Assembly (NCBI RefSeq): GCF_006345805.1
Contig: NC_043003.1
Location: 62,682,001-62,746,000 of the forward strand
Direction of reading: 5' to 3'
Length of the DNA: 64,000 bases
Origin: Octopus sinensis
Lineage: Eukaryota
The notes under the pieces were generated by a model. That model had not been told where the DNA came from. It made no database searches and saw nothing but the letters and a program-made list of their open reading frames with translations. The translations under genes and the position numbers were made by a program. Positions 50,934-63,736 of the stretch are shown piece by piece; position 1 is the first letter of the stretch, and every line of letters starts with the position of its first letter.

Positions 50934-51593
50934 CTGTGTGTGTACATGCAAAAGCAGGGTATTGTAATCACTCATCGACTTTACCTTTCATCCTTTCGGG
51001 GTTGATAAATTAAGTACCAGTTGCATACTGGGGTCAATCTAATTGACTGTTACCCACCCTACAAATTTTGGGCCTTGTGCCTAGAGTAGAAAAGATTATT
51101 TTTATTATTATTCTTTTAACTAAGGTTTTGTTGGAACTCCAGGAGTCTTGCTTGCTTCTGCTAGTTACTATTATTATTCTTATGATAATTAACAGAATCA
51201 TTAGAGTATCAGAAAAATGTCTTGTGGTATTGGTTCCAACCCTTTACATTCTGAGTTCAAATCCTGCTGAGATCAACTTTGTCTTTCATCCTTTTGGGAT
51301 TGATAGAATAGAATACCACTCAAGTACTAGGGTTAGTTTAATCAATTAAAACCTTCCCCTGAATTGTTGATCTTGTACCTAAATTAGAAATGATTCTTAT
51401 TATGACAGTGAATTAGAGATCAGCAGAGCAATAAATGAATGAACTTGTGCTATATAGTTTTGTCGTCCCACTTGGTTCTGAGTTGGATGATCTTGGAGAT
51501 AATCCTTCTACAGTTGATAGAGCTAAGTGCCAGCTAAGTACTCTGATTAATACAATAAACTGCATTCGACACTCTCTTCATACCTTTAAGTCT

Positions 51594-51952
51594 GTAGAAA
51601 TAATAATTAATAATAAACTATCACCTCACTCTTCTTAATTTTCAGCCTTATGCCTATGGAAATTATAATTAATAATTAATAAAAGTATTACCCCCTCACC
51701 ATTTAATTTGTAGTCTTCTATCTATAGAAATTATAATTAATAAACTATCGCCCACTCCCCATTTAATTTGTGGCTTTATTACTATATAAATAATGATTAA
51801 TAAACCATCACCCCTTCCCCTCATCAATTTGTGGCTTTATGTCTATAGAATAATTACTAATAAACTGTCATCTTTCCCTCCTCTTGTCTTTAACAATAAA
51901 TAAACTACCTTCCTTCTCTCCTCAATTGTGGTTATTGTGTCTATAGAAATAA
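51594..51952 (+). repeat. Degenerate minisatellite, ~6 units of ~60 bp
   Basis: Recurring ctatagaaattataattaataaactatcacccc...aatttgtggctttat. Confidence 0.8.
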
Positions 51953-52115
51953 TAGCATTGTTTAATGAATTGTTTGTTTTCCATTGGAGATGATGTTAGC
52001 CTTTTACAAATATGTCATGGATGTTGATTCCTCATCAGTCTCTTGGCTTTTCCCTAACATGTCTACTTACTGAACTGTGACAATCTCTATTTTCCTCAAT
52101 TTTATCAATATTTAA

Positions 52116-52314
52116 CTCTTTAGATTTCACATTACCCTGTCAAATATAATACTTATTTATTCACATTGTTTTGAATTAGTATAGTTGTGAGATTTCTGTA
52201 ACATGACTTTTTACTTTGGGAATTATATTGTAAGGTAGGCTAGATCTGGCTAACTTGAAGGTAGAAGGAGGTAGAATATTTAGACCAGATATGACTGGTT
52301 TGAATGCTAACGGG
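52116..52314. mobile_element. piggyBac-type MITE
   Basis: TTAA-ctctttag ... ctaacggg-TTAA; internal cttatttattcacattgtttt shared with the 41101 copy. Confidence 0.78.
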
Positions 52315-52519
52315 TTAAGTTGTATGAAATAACATTTTCGATAAAGTTGTTATTATTGTTTGAACTCAAACACATTGATTAATTCACACATAATTGATTG
52401 TTATATCATTTTTATGTCACATATTAAATTAAATGCATATATAATGGCAGAATATATGCATTGTTAGATGTGTTGAGAATCTGATTTTTCTCTTTTAAAC
52501 TTGGTCTGGGTCATTGTGA

Positions 52520-52670
52520 TATAGCATTCAACAAGTCAGGTATCAGGCATTCATTCCAAAATGCCTGGTTTCATATTTCCATTGCATGAATATCTTGATG
52601 GAATTGTTCACTTTTGTCATTGCTTATTGCATCAAAAGCTTTTGAAGGGAAATCTAAAAGAGAATGTTTA
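52520..52670 (-). mobile_element. Relic of a Chapaev3-like (CMC) transposase C-terminus
   Basis: HSLLDFPSKAFDAISNDKSEQFHQDIHAMEI resembles the HSHLDFFP.NLGAVSDE.GERFHQDI..ME motif. Confidence 0.55.
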
Positions 52671-52771
52671 GTGACAACTGACAACCTATTTTCTTTTTGC
52701 AAGGTTACAAAGCAATTATCATCTCTGCCTTTACATGACGTATTCTTATTGTTCTGCAGAAAGGTTTTCCA

Positions 52772-53572
52772 TTGCAATTCATAAACCTGCCAGGCCTTTA
52801 ATCACAACATATTGAAGGTTTATGCAGTTTAAGTTTTCTTTAAAACTTCCCTGGTTTGCATCCCCATAGAGAAATATCCTCTTTTAACCTTGACACTATC
52901 GCATTTGGTAATATTTTAGAGTTGTAAGGCAGTGAGCACACCAGGCAAAATAAATGCTGAATCAACCTTTCCATGAATCTCCTGGCATCAGAAATTGCAT
53001 TCATTTGTAAAATACCAACTCTATTCACAAATTAAAAAGATGTGCATTTACAAATTAAGCTAGTCTTTGCCACCAGAAAGAATCACGAATCAATTTGTTG
53101 AATGCTAAGCAGCATTTCATCCATCTTTATGTTCTGAGTTCAAATCTTGCTGAGGTAAACTTTGTTTTTCATTTTTTGGGGTCAATAAAATAAAGTAGCT
53201 GTCAAGTTCTGAGATCGATGTAATTGATTTGTCCTCTCCCCTTAAAACTTCTGGCCTTGTACCCTTGAATTGCAATTCATAAACCTGCCAGGCCTTTAAT
53301 CACAACATATTGAAGGTTTATGCAGTTTAAGTTTTCTTTAAAACTTCCCTGGTTTGCATCCCCATAGAGAAATATCCTCTTTTAACCTTGACACTATCGC
53401 ATTTGGTAATATTTTAGAGTTGTAAGGCAGTGAGTACACCAGGCAAAATAAATGCTGAATCAACCTTTCCATGAATCTCCTGGCATCAGAAATTGCATTC
53501 ATTTGTAAAATACCAACTCTATTCACAAATTAAAAAGATGTGCATTTACAAATTAAGCTAGTCTTTGCCACC
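52772..53572 (+). repeat. ~303-bp direct duplication (52772-53074 and 53270-53572) flanking a SINE
   Basis: Copies offset by 498 bp; one visible substitution (gagcacacc/gagtacacc). Confidence 0.93.
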
Positions 53573-53929
53573 ATGATCCCTCAACATTCATAAATATGGT
53601 GTTGAATATTATCCCATAGTGTATCCATGTTATCACATAGAATATCCATATGTCCCTTTTGGATTGAAAGAGTGAGAATTCTTGTTATGCAGCAGAGCTG
53701 CCCCTAAGTGTTTCTGTGATGAATCCATCATGTACTGGTCAGATATTGCATGAGAATATTTGAAAGAAGCACTGGATGGCACTAGCGTAGCTAGAGTGTG
53801 TGCCACCTGGAGTGACCCTTCTGTTTGCTGCCCCTGGACCGCACAAAAACACATTGCCTACAATAGGATGAAAAGTACTGCCCCTTTAGAAGTGCTTCCT
53901 GGGGTAGACTGCCCCTACTGCACCCGCCT

Positions 53930-54770
53930 AACTATGCTAATGCTGGATGGAAAATTCAAGGAAGAGCAAGCAGAATTTCAGACAGGAAGAGCATGTGCCA
54001 AACAGATTTTTCTACTGCAAAAATGTAGAATCCCAACAGTGTGTAGAATTCCAACAACCACAGGACGTCAGCTTAATTGATTTCAGTAAAGCCTTTTGAC
54101 AGAGTATCTAAAGAAACTCTGTTGTGCATTGCCAAGATATGGGCAAGCTGAGGAGGTTAAATTTCTATTTTAAGAATCTGTATATCAGCTCAAACTGTTG
54201 TGTGAGAACTGAAAGCAGCAACACAGAAATTTTCAACATTGTCACAGGAGGGAGGCAGGGTTGTCTCCTGACACACTTGTCATATCTTCTGGTCATCAAC
54301 TGGATCATGCAGAGAGTCATAAATGGACTGGCTGAATAAAGTGGACTGTTGGCAACACCTGGCTGATTTGGATTATGTTGAAGATATTGTGCTCCTAGCT
54401 GAGTCATGTTCAGTACTACAACAAATTACAGCTAGAATGACTGAAGAAGTAGCAAAAGTAGGCCCAAGGGTCAACTCTGAGAAAACCAAGGTGATGCAGG
54501 CCAATGGATTAGGAGATATAGACATCCTTGTGAATCAAGGATCTGCTGAAAACATCACCAATTTCACCTACCTGGGTGGCGTTATTGCAAAAGAGTTGGA
54601 TACTGAGGTAGATGTCAACTTCATAATCAGGCATGCAATGGTAATATTCAGAGGAATGAACAGGATATGAGCTAGTGCTTCGATTAGCAACAATATGAAG
54701 ATTTTGCTGTTTAAGAGCATCATCCTGCCAACAAGAGTTTATGCAGGAGAAACTTGGCTGTTTCAATACT
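53930..54770 (+). mobile_element. Decayed RTE-clade LINE, RT region
   Basis: EEQAEFQTGRAC, DFSKAF, TGGRQGCLL, LADLDYVEDIVLL, NSEKTKVM and NFTYLGGVI. Confidence 0.88.
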
Positions 54771-54920
54771 TCCCACATATCTTCTTAAATATATAATTAA
54801 CAACATAATTATATAAGACATGAAAACATATGCTCAAGGATAATTTGGAAAATATTACTGAAACAGCAGAAGGAAATTTTTTTTAAGTATATTGTTCGCC
54901 ACCTCTAGCCAAACAATTAT

Positions 54921-54965
54921 TCTGTGCTGATGAAGGGAAATAACCTGGAAATCGCAATACACAGA
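54921..54965 (+). ncRNA. Minimal type I hammerhead ribozyme motif
   Basis: tctgtg-CTGATGA-agg gaaataa cct-g-GAAA-tcgcaa-TA-cacaga; perfect 6-bp stem I and intact core. Confidence 0.72.
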
Positions 54966-57811
54966 TATTGTTTTGAGCTGAGTGGGGGTGCTAGATTCCC
55001 TTGTTCAAAAATATAAGGACACAGATCATGTTGTAGAGCCAGCTGGAGACGATGTCTCCTGGGGCTAAATTACAGCAATATTCGTCCTAAACCAGGACTG
55101 CCATGTTATGGTGGCAAACAATCTTTACTATAAAGTACTGTTGCTGAATATCTCACTTTGTGAAATTTAAAAATAGTCATTTTCTAATATATGATATTGA
55201 TCATCTTCCATTTCTTTTTGTTACTTTTTCATAGATTTCACTCTCTGCATTCATCAATTGCAAACTCTGTGCAGCATTCTGCATTTTATAGCATTAAAAT
55301 TGGGAAATTCCGAAGTTTAACATGATTGAGCTTTAAAACTTTTTGATTATTTTTTATGTTTAAGCACCAAACTGGATGTCATGTAAAGTGCACTTGCACT
55401 GATGCTATGTAAACGCACCCATGCCAGTGACATTTAAAAAGCACCCACTACACTCTGTAAAGTGGTTGGTATTAGGAAGGACATCCAGGTGTAGAAACCA
55501 TACCACAAGAGACACTTGGAGCCTGAACAGCTCGCCAGTTAGGCCAGCTCCTGAAATGGTCCAACATGAAAAACGGACGTTAAGCAATGATGATGATGAT
55601 GATGACACACACATATTTACGATGTATCTGTGTTGTGAGTGTATATGTCTTAGTAAATAGACAAGTAGGTAATAAGTAATCAGTTTCACTCACAAACACT
55701 GCTCATCTCAGGGCTACAGTAGAATACATTTATCCAAGATGCCAAACAATATGATTGAACCCATGATCATGTAGTTTCAAAGTAAACATCTTGACCACAC
55801 AGCCCATACCTGCACATATGTAATATTGGATAGCAAAGCAAATTTAACTTTCACAAGCTCTGTACTTTGTAACTTAACTATTCCGATGTATTATGGCTGA
55901 GATACTTATTTTTCAACTCAGTAGAGGGAAACAAATGGAATGAAATGCTTCACCAAAGAATATAACAGACCACTCAGGACAGGATTTGAACTCATAAAGA
56001 AGATTGGGAGAGTATTCTTATATATAGAATTTGTTTATTTTAAACAAACAAATGTTGAAAATTGCTTGATTCTCTCTAGTGGCAGAGACTAGCTTGCTTT
56101 GTAAATACACATCTTTTTAATTTGTGAGTAGAGCTGGTATTTTACAAGTGAATGCATTTTCCGATGCAAGGAGATTCATGGAAAGGTTGGTTCTGCATTT
56201 ATTTTCCAGCTTTAATCCAACCAAAATTAGATGCTGCCACTTAAGACACACTACACTGGATGCAATAGAATTCCGAATTGTTCTGAATAAAATTGTGTAA
56301 ACAATGTATATTCCATTCACCTATTTTTATAGACACAGGGGACATAGCTATGATATGGTTAAGAAGTATACAGTACAGGCATGTGGTTCTGAGTTCAATT
56401 AACACCTTGGGACAGTTTCTTTAATAACTTCCAAAATTGTGAGTGAAACCTAGAGAATAGATATTATGCTGAAGCCTGTTATACATGTATGTATTCCTTG
56501 ATAATATGAGGGCTACCTCTGTCTCTCTATTATACTTTAATCTCTTAGTTCCACTCCTTCTCTAATCTAAGAGGTCCTTGTTTTGCAAGCTGAAGGGTGC
56601 TGGTGCCACTTAAAAAGCAACTGTGCTTTTTAAGGGTGCAATGTAAAATGCACCCTTGTTTGTGCCACATAAAATGTACCCTATAATCTCTGTAAAGAGG
56701 CTGGCACTAGGAAGGGCATCCAGCTGTAGAAATCATGGCAAAACAGACAATTGGTGACTGATGCATCTCTTCAGTTTGCAAGCTCCTGTGAAACTGTCCA
56801 AACCCATTATCATCATCAGCATCATTTAATGTCCAGCTTCCTTGCTGGCATGGGTTAAATGGTTTGACAGGATCTGATGACTGTGGCATGCTCCAGTGTC
56901 TAGTTTTACATGGTTTCTACAGCTGGACACTCTTCGCAATGCTAACTGCTTTACAAAATGTACAGGATACTTTTTTCATGGTACCAGTCCTAGTGAAGTT
57001 TGCCTTTATAACTTGCAAGTCTAAGAGCCTAAAGTGTCTCCTATATCTGAGGGAAAAGGAGTGAGTGATAATTCTAGGTTGGGGAAATGATGGAGGACAA
57101 GATGAAAGGAGCTGATTTATAGTTGCTAAGAGTGATAGTAGAGAGAGTAACAAAGTAGTAGAGTGGGCCTTAATAGGGGGGTAGGTATAGGAGAGAGCAG
57201 GGGATATAAAAGGGATAAGTAATAGAACTGAGAGAAAGATGAGAGGGATGATGTGGAAATGTGTTATGGAGGTCTAGTACTACACTAACTTATAAAGGCA
57301 AGTATGGACAGCGGAAGTGAATATATTGGATGGAGAAACTTGAGAGAGACATTGAAGGAAGGAGGTTGTGGGGATAGGCCAGAGAGGGAAAGATGAGGAG
57401 GTGTGTTGAAGAGGTGAAAAAGCTGTGAGGGTGAGTGCAATGAGAGAAACAGACCCTGGAGGGTTCAAGAGAAATAGGGAGAAATGGAAGAACAGAGTGT
57501 CAATGCAGTGAAAGCATCCCAGATGGGGAAGTAGCGAAAAGGGTCCCAAATAAGAAGGCAATGTTTTTGAATACATGTGTGGGTTAGACTGATACATAAT
57601 ATTGAGCTGTTTTTCTTATAACTGGATGTCTTTTTCTCATGTTAACATTTACCTGTTTTTAAAGTTAGGAATTATTTCATTTCACTCACCAATGTGCATG
57701 GCCTAGTGGTTAAGGTGTTGCACTCATGCTTAGAATGGATGTTGAGTTTATCATTCACATAAAATATTGTAATTTGACCATTTGGTGAACTGACATTGAT
57801 AAAATAACTGT

Positions 57812-58118
57812 TATTGTTGTTTGTTTCTTCTGAAGCCATACCTGGCTCAGAAGGGCTGGTTTCTCGGTTTCATTGGCATATAGGTTCCCCACCTGGATGG
57901 GATGCCAGTCTATCGCAGGTGAGCTGCTAGATGCAGGGGGGGAAGGAGTGCGAGAAAGTTGTGGCACAAAAGTCAGCAGAAGTTCACCAGTACCTTCTGC
58001 CGGAGCCGTGTGGAATTTAGTGTTTCACTCATAGACACACACATCACCCAGTTTGAGATTCGAACCTGTGATCCCTCAACTGTGAGTCAGCTGCTTTAAC
58101 CATTAGGCCATGTGCCTC
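57812..58118 (-). mobile_element. tRNA-derived SINE (third family)
   Basis: Minus strand ggcacatggcctaatggttaaagcagc (box A) ... ggttcgaatctc (box B); body ctgcgatagactggcatcccatccagg; (AAC)n-like tail. Confidence 0.78.
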
Positions 58119-58380
58119 CACAATAAAATAAGTAGCAAACTGAAATAAGTTCTGGGATGGAGACAGCTAAAACTCTTGAAGGCTGTACCCCAACATGGCT
58201 GATATCAGACCATATAATGTCCTAAATATCAGACCAAATAATGTCTTAAATATTGGGCCATAGAATTAAAAACATAAAAACAATTTGTTAGAGGTCAATC
58301 AGAGAAAGAACTCCTTTTAATGATGCCAGTTCAGCTGGAGGAAATGAACTAATGTATCATCTTTTCATTTTGTGTGGAAT

Positions 58381-59350
58381 CCTTGCTAGAACCATTGTTA
58401 GAGCTATCACCAGAGTTATTGCTAAAACAATTACTAGAGCCATTGCTAGAGCCATTGCTAGATCCACCACTAGTTCCAGCACCGGATTAACCATTAAGCA
58501 AAATAAGCACGTGCTTAAGGTATCAAAGGAAGGAGGGGCACCGCAGAAATGGTAATTTGTTTACAGCACAAAAGAAATCACTTTAAATTTGCTAAAATAA
58601 TATTCGGGATGCCTTTATCTCTACTAAGTATAGATGCAGATGTGTTACCTAAGATTAATTTTGAGGATTTGATCAAAAGCTTTGCAGTTCAAAAAAGTAG
58701 AAGGAAACTTTTCAAATATAAATAAATTGAAAGTTTACAAAAATAAACATCATTTTCCCTCTTACTGTTTTGCTTCATTTTGAAAAATAAAAATTTATTT
58801 TATGGTTTGTTATTGCTTATATTTTGAATTCCATAATCTTTCATGGGGACACCTAAATCTTTTAAGTGCTTAGGGCCTCGATGGTTCTTAATCTGGCCCT
58901 AACTAGTTACATTGCTACAGCTATCACTAGAACCATTGCTAGAGCCATCACTTGATCCATTGCTTGAATCATTCCTAAAGTCATCGTTAGAGCCATCACT
59001 AGAACCATTTCTAGAGCCATCACTTGATCCATTGCTTGAATCATTCCTAGAGTTATTATTAGAACCAACGCTGGAACCATTGCTAGAGCCATCACTTGAT
59101 CCATTGCTAGAACCATGCCTACAGTCATCGTTATAGCCCCTGCTGGAACTATTACTAGTGCCATCACTTGATGCATTGCTAGAACCATGCCTAGAGTCAC
59201 GGTTATAGCCACTGCTGGAACCATTTCTAGAGCCATCACTTGATCCATTGCTTGAACCATTCTTAGAGTCATTGTAATATCCACTGCTGGAACCATTACT
59301 AGAGCCATCACTAGAGCTACCACTTGAACTATTGCTAGAGCCATCGCTCA
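58381..59350. repeat. 12-bp satellite (ccattgctagag) with a 72-bp higher-order repeat, split by a hAT element
   Basis: Variant ccatcacttgat recurs at 58945, 59017, 59089, 59161 and 59233; no indels seen in 58910-59350. Confidence 0.92.
58477..58901 (+). mobile_element. Non-autonomous hAT element retaining the transposase C-terminus
   Basis: TIRs cagcaccggattaa / ttaatctggcccta; 8-bp TSD actagttc/actagtta; LSLLSIDADVLPKINFEDLIKSFAVQKSRRKLF (end of the hAT dimerisation region). Confidence 0.88.
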
Positions 59351-59449
59351 ACTACTTCACTCTTAGCTTCAGGTTTATGATAAATGACAAAATAAGCAGA
59401 TGCAACCTTTCTTTTATCAAATCAACTTGTTTATTTGATCTCTCTATCT

Positions 59450-59639
59450 CTCTTTCTTCTTCTTCTTCTTCTTCTTCTTTTCTTCTTCTTCTTCTTCTTC
59501 TTCTTCTTCTTCTTCTTCTTCTCTTTCTCCTTCTCCTCCTCCTCCTCCTCCTCCTCTCTCACTTTCTCCATCTATCTCATTCTCCCACTTTCCCACCTCC
59601 TACATTTGTACGCACATATCCATGTGCACTTGTATATAT

Positions 59640-59685
<46 letters not shown>

Positions 59686-59943
59686 TTTTTTGTGCTTCAG
59701 TGTGTGTGTGTGTATGTATGAGAGCATATGTCTGTGCATGTGTGTCACTGTATATATCTCTATCTATCTATCCATCTGTCTATCTATCCATCTATCTATC
59801 TATCTATCTATCTATCTATTTATCTATCTATCTATCTGTCTATCTATTTATCTATCTATCTATCTGTCTATCTATCTAACCATCTCTCTATCTATCTATC
59901 TATCCATCTGTCTATCCATCTGTCTATCTTTCTATCTATCTAT

Positions 59944-59986
<43 letters not shown>

Positions 59987-59990
59987 ATAT
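59450..59990. repeat. Compound microsatellites (CTT)n, (CTC)n, (TA)n and (TCTA)n
   Basis: Directly visible; similar tracts occur throughout the window. Confidence 0.95.
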
Positions 59991-60874
59991 CAATGTATCT
60001 ATGTATATATTTACACACATACACATTACAGTTTTTGAAGACTGAATCGGCTTTTATCTATACCACTCGCTATAACTATTCTCAGATATAAAGTAGTTTT
60101 TAAGGTTTATATTGAATTCTTCCCATATATCATATCAAATATTAGATGTCAAACAGATTTCTCTTTCCCATTCACTGTGCTTCTTTTAAGTTTTAATCTT
60201 GCTTATATCATGGTGAACTCTCTATAATGTTTCTTCCAATATAAAACTGATGAATTAGAGAATATACACGCATACATACACACATACATGCACACATACA
60301 TACATACATACATACATACATACATACATACATACATACATGTATATGTATATCCTTCAGATTGTTTTCTATTATGCCAAATATTTGTTAGTCATTTTTA
60401 CTTACTCTAAACTTGTGCTTATATATCATGTTGTATAAATATATTCTTAAGTAGCTAAGACATTTTAGTTTTATAGATATGGTGGATATTACCATATTCA
60501 GATAACTTATTTACTTCGTTATGAGTGTTAGTTCAAAAGCACTGTTAGTTCAAAATAGCAACTGGTGTATTATACTTAAAGCACTTATTTACTGTTGAAA
60601 ACTGGGTTTTGATTTGCTCATGTCTAATGAGATATTACTGTGGAGAGATATTGACAGACATGATGGAAACTTCTTGTTCAGTTCTTGATTGATAAGATTG
60701 TAAAAATGTATTTTATATCCTGCACTAAATAAATAAACAACATTTATTGTGATATTAAAACATTGATTGTGATATTAAGTAGTATTCCATAATTGTCAAT
60801 TATAGATTTGGATGCACAGTAATTGGTGTGTAAGATTTGAGAGGGGGAGAGAGAGAGAAGTGAGAAAGTGTGTA

Positions 60875-60910
<36 letters not shown>

Positions 60911-61022
60911 TGGTAGAGAGAGAAAGAGAGAGACAGACAGATTAAGAGAAAGCTTGTGTGTGAGAAAGAGTGAAAGAGAGTATTTGTGTGTTACAGAGAA
61001 AGAGAGAGTTTGAGAGTGAAAG

Positions 61023-61062
<40 letters not shown>

Positions 61063-61344
61063 TGAGATTAAGAAGAAGAGGCAAACAATGTATAAGATAG
61101 AATGAGAGATAGAAAGATATTAGATATGTTGCTGAAAGGAATTTGGGTAATTAATAGCAATCAAACATTTGAACTCGCTGCTAAATATCTATAAATTGCA
61201 TTGCTTTTTTTTTGGTTTATTTTCCGTTCTTTTTTTATCTGTTTTTATCAGTAAATTGCACTGAATGTCTAATGTTTTCTGTCTCTTTAGATTATAATGA
61301 GAGTTTAATATCTCAAAAGTTTATATAAATTGTACTGAACTGTT

Positions 61345-61572
61345 TCAGTGTTATTGTCGTCATCATTATTTCTATCGTCATTTCTGCTGCCGTCATCATC
61401 GTTGTCATCGTCATCATGATCGCCACAGCTTCCACTGTCATCACTGTGGCTGCTGTTACTGCCATTGTCATCACCACCACTACCGCCACTGCCACCACTG
61501 CCGCCACCACCACCATCATCACCGTCATCATCATCATCACCACAACCTCTGTCACCATTGCTGCTGCTGCTC

Positions 61573-61610
<38 letters not shown>

Positions 61611-61797
61611 GCCAAAGCCTATACTGCCAACACCATGGCTGTTGTTATCATCACCACCACCACCACCATCATCGTTGTCGTCATTGCAGCCTCTGCTGCT
61701 ATCGCTGCTGTTGCTGTCATCGTCATTGTCATCAATCGTCATCACCATCATCAATCATCATCATCACTATCATCATAAGCAGCAGCAGTAGCAGCAG
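61345..61797. repeat. Degenerate trinucleotide low-complexity tract (CAT/CAC/CTG)
   Basis: Triplet periodicity leaves frames open on both strands; no domain signal. Confidence 0.85.
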
Positions 61798-61959
61798 AAT
61801 TTTTATGCTCCTCTATCCTAGCTGCTATGGGCTGGACCGGTCCTTTGATGCAATGCTTCATAACCCAATGCCTTTCCTTATGCCAACTCTTTTAGTTTCA
61901 CATGACAGGTAGGAATTTGGTTTTCCTATTCTAAAATCTAAGTCACACACATTATTCCA

Positions 61960-62370
61960 GCTATAAAATGTACAGTGTGCTCTATATAATTATGCCAATA
62001 GAAACTTTTGCAGGTATTTATGTCTATCTAAATTGTAATGGGTGTTTAATATAATTATGCCTACATAAATTGTGACTGGTTGTTTATGATTAATGTATCT
62101 ATACAAATTATGACTAGATATTTAATGTAATTATGCCAATATTAATTGCACTGTGTTTCATGTGTATATAATTTGTACTGGGTGTTTAACATAATTACAC
62201 CTTTGCAAATTATTGTGACTATTTAATGTTCTTATGTGTAATTAAATTTTACTGTATGTATAATTTCATATGTTTATATAAATTGCATTGGCTACTTAAT
62301 GTTTTTATGTGTATATAAATTTTACTTGATGCTTAATTTCATTAAACCAATATAAACTGCAGTGAGTGTG
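61960..62370. repeat. Old AT-rich minisatellite, ~35-bp unit
   Basis: Recurring tataaattgtactgggtgtttaatgtaattatgcc-like unit. Confidence 0.65.
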
Positions 62371-63683
62371 TATCCCACTGATTGTTGTTTAGTAATATTA
62401 AACAAAGATAAGGGTCTTAAATAGCAACTGAAATTTGTATAGGCCAAATGAAATTAAACACCCAGATTAAATTTATATCGACATAAAATATTAAATGCTG
62501 CAATTAGGGGTACATGTCTGTCTACCCAGCTACTTACGGGTTAATTTAATGAGGTGGTAGGTAGATCAGTTTATTCAACTACTGAATGCTTCTTATTAAA
62601 ACTAATGAAGAATCTATTGAACAATGTAAATGGTTGGTTTGGCCATTTTTATTGTTGGTCAATGGTATTTCAGACACAGTAACTTAACCACTTCTGTTGT
62701 GCCCGGGCTGTTTTCGGAAGCAAGGGGCAAGCCCCAAGCACACTTACCACCTCTCTACTCATGGATATGCCACAAAGGAAAGACAAGTCAGTCATCATTA
62801 TCATCATCATTGTTTAATGTCTGCTTTCCATGCTGGCATGGACTGCATGGTTTGACTGAGGACTGACAAGCCTGGAGACTGCACCAGGTTCCAATCTGAT
62901 CTGGCAATGTTTCTACAGCTAGATGCCCTTCCCAACGCCAACCCCTTCGAAAGTGTGGTGGGTGCTTTTTACGTACCACAAGTCAGGGGGCACTGGCATT
63001 GACCACATTTGGATGGTGCTTTTTACGTGCTACCAGCATGGGAGCCAATCAGGGAGCACTGACATCGACCATGTTCAGATGATGCATTTTATATGCCACT
63101 GGCATGGGAGCCAGTAAATACATTCAATAAATTTTTATGTGCCACTAGCTTGGGTGCCATTATCCTGACACCAACATCGGCCACAACTGCAGTCTACTCA
63201 TCCCAGTCATTGGACTGTGGCCATGCTGGAATTCTACCTTGAAAGGTTTAGTTGACCAAATCAAGCCCTGCACTTGCTATTTTTAAACCTGGTACTTATT
63301 CTATTGGTCTCTCTTGCCAAACTGCTAAGTTACAGAGATGTAAACAAACCAACACTGGTTGTCATGTGGTGGTGGGAGACAAGCATATACATAAATGGAT
63401 ATACATGGGTTTCTTTCAGTTTCCATCTACAAAATTCACTCTCAAGGCTTCTGGAGCAAATTCAAAGCAACTGTATTTAACAAATAAAACTTAACCTAAC
63501 GAACCCATTATTTTGTTGTCTTTATATAAAAAGCTACGCCATTATCGCCCCACTTTTCTTTAACCCCACCCTTGGATTTTTCCACCATCCCCAGGGGGGC
63601 AATACTGCCTGCTTTGGGAACCACTGATCTCTATCATGACATTGCTTTTGCATAGCATGCAGACATTATCAAGGCATTGGGTA

Positions 63684-63736
<53 letters not shown>

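Noticed and set aside
56071-56085. CTCF-like site (ccactagagag on the minus strand)
   Set aside because: Only a partial match inside a repeat; expected by chance in 64 kb.
56079-56186. Possible coding exon (ctctctag acceptor ... gaaag/gttggt donor)
   Set aside because: All three frames contain stops, and the segment is an inverted copy of the repeat at ~52945-53085.
61305-61791. Acidic/Gly-rich or Ser/Pro-rich structural protein ORFs
   Set aside because: Trinucleotide low-complexity DNA is open in four frames; no splice or domain evidence.
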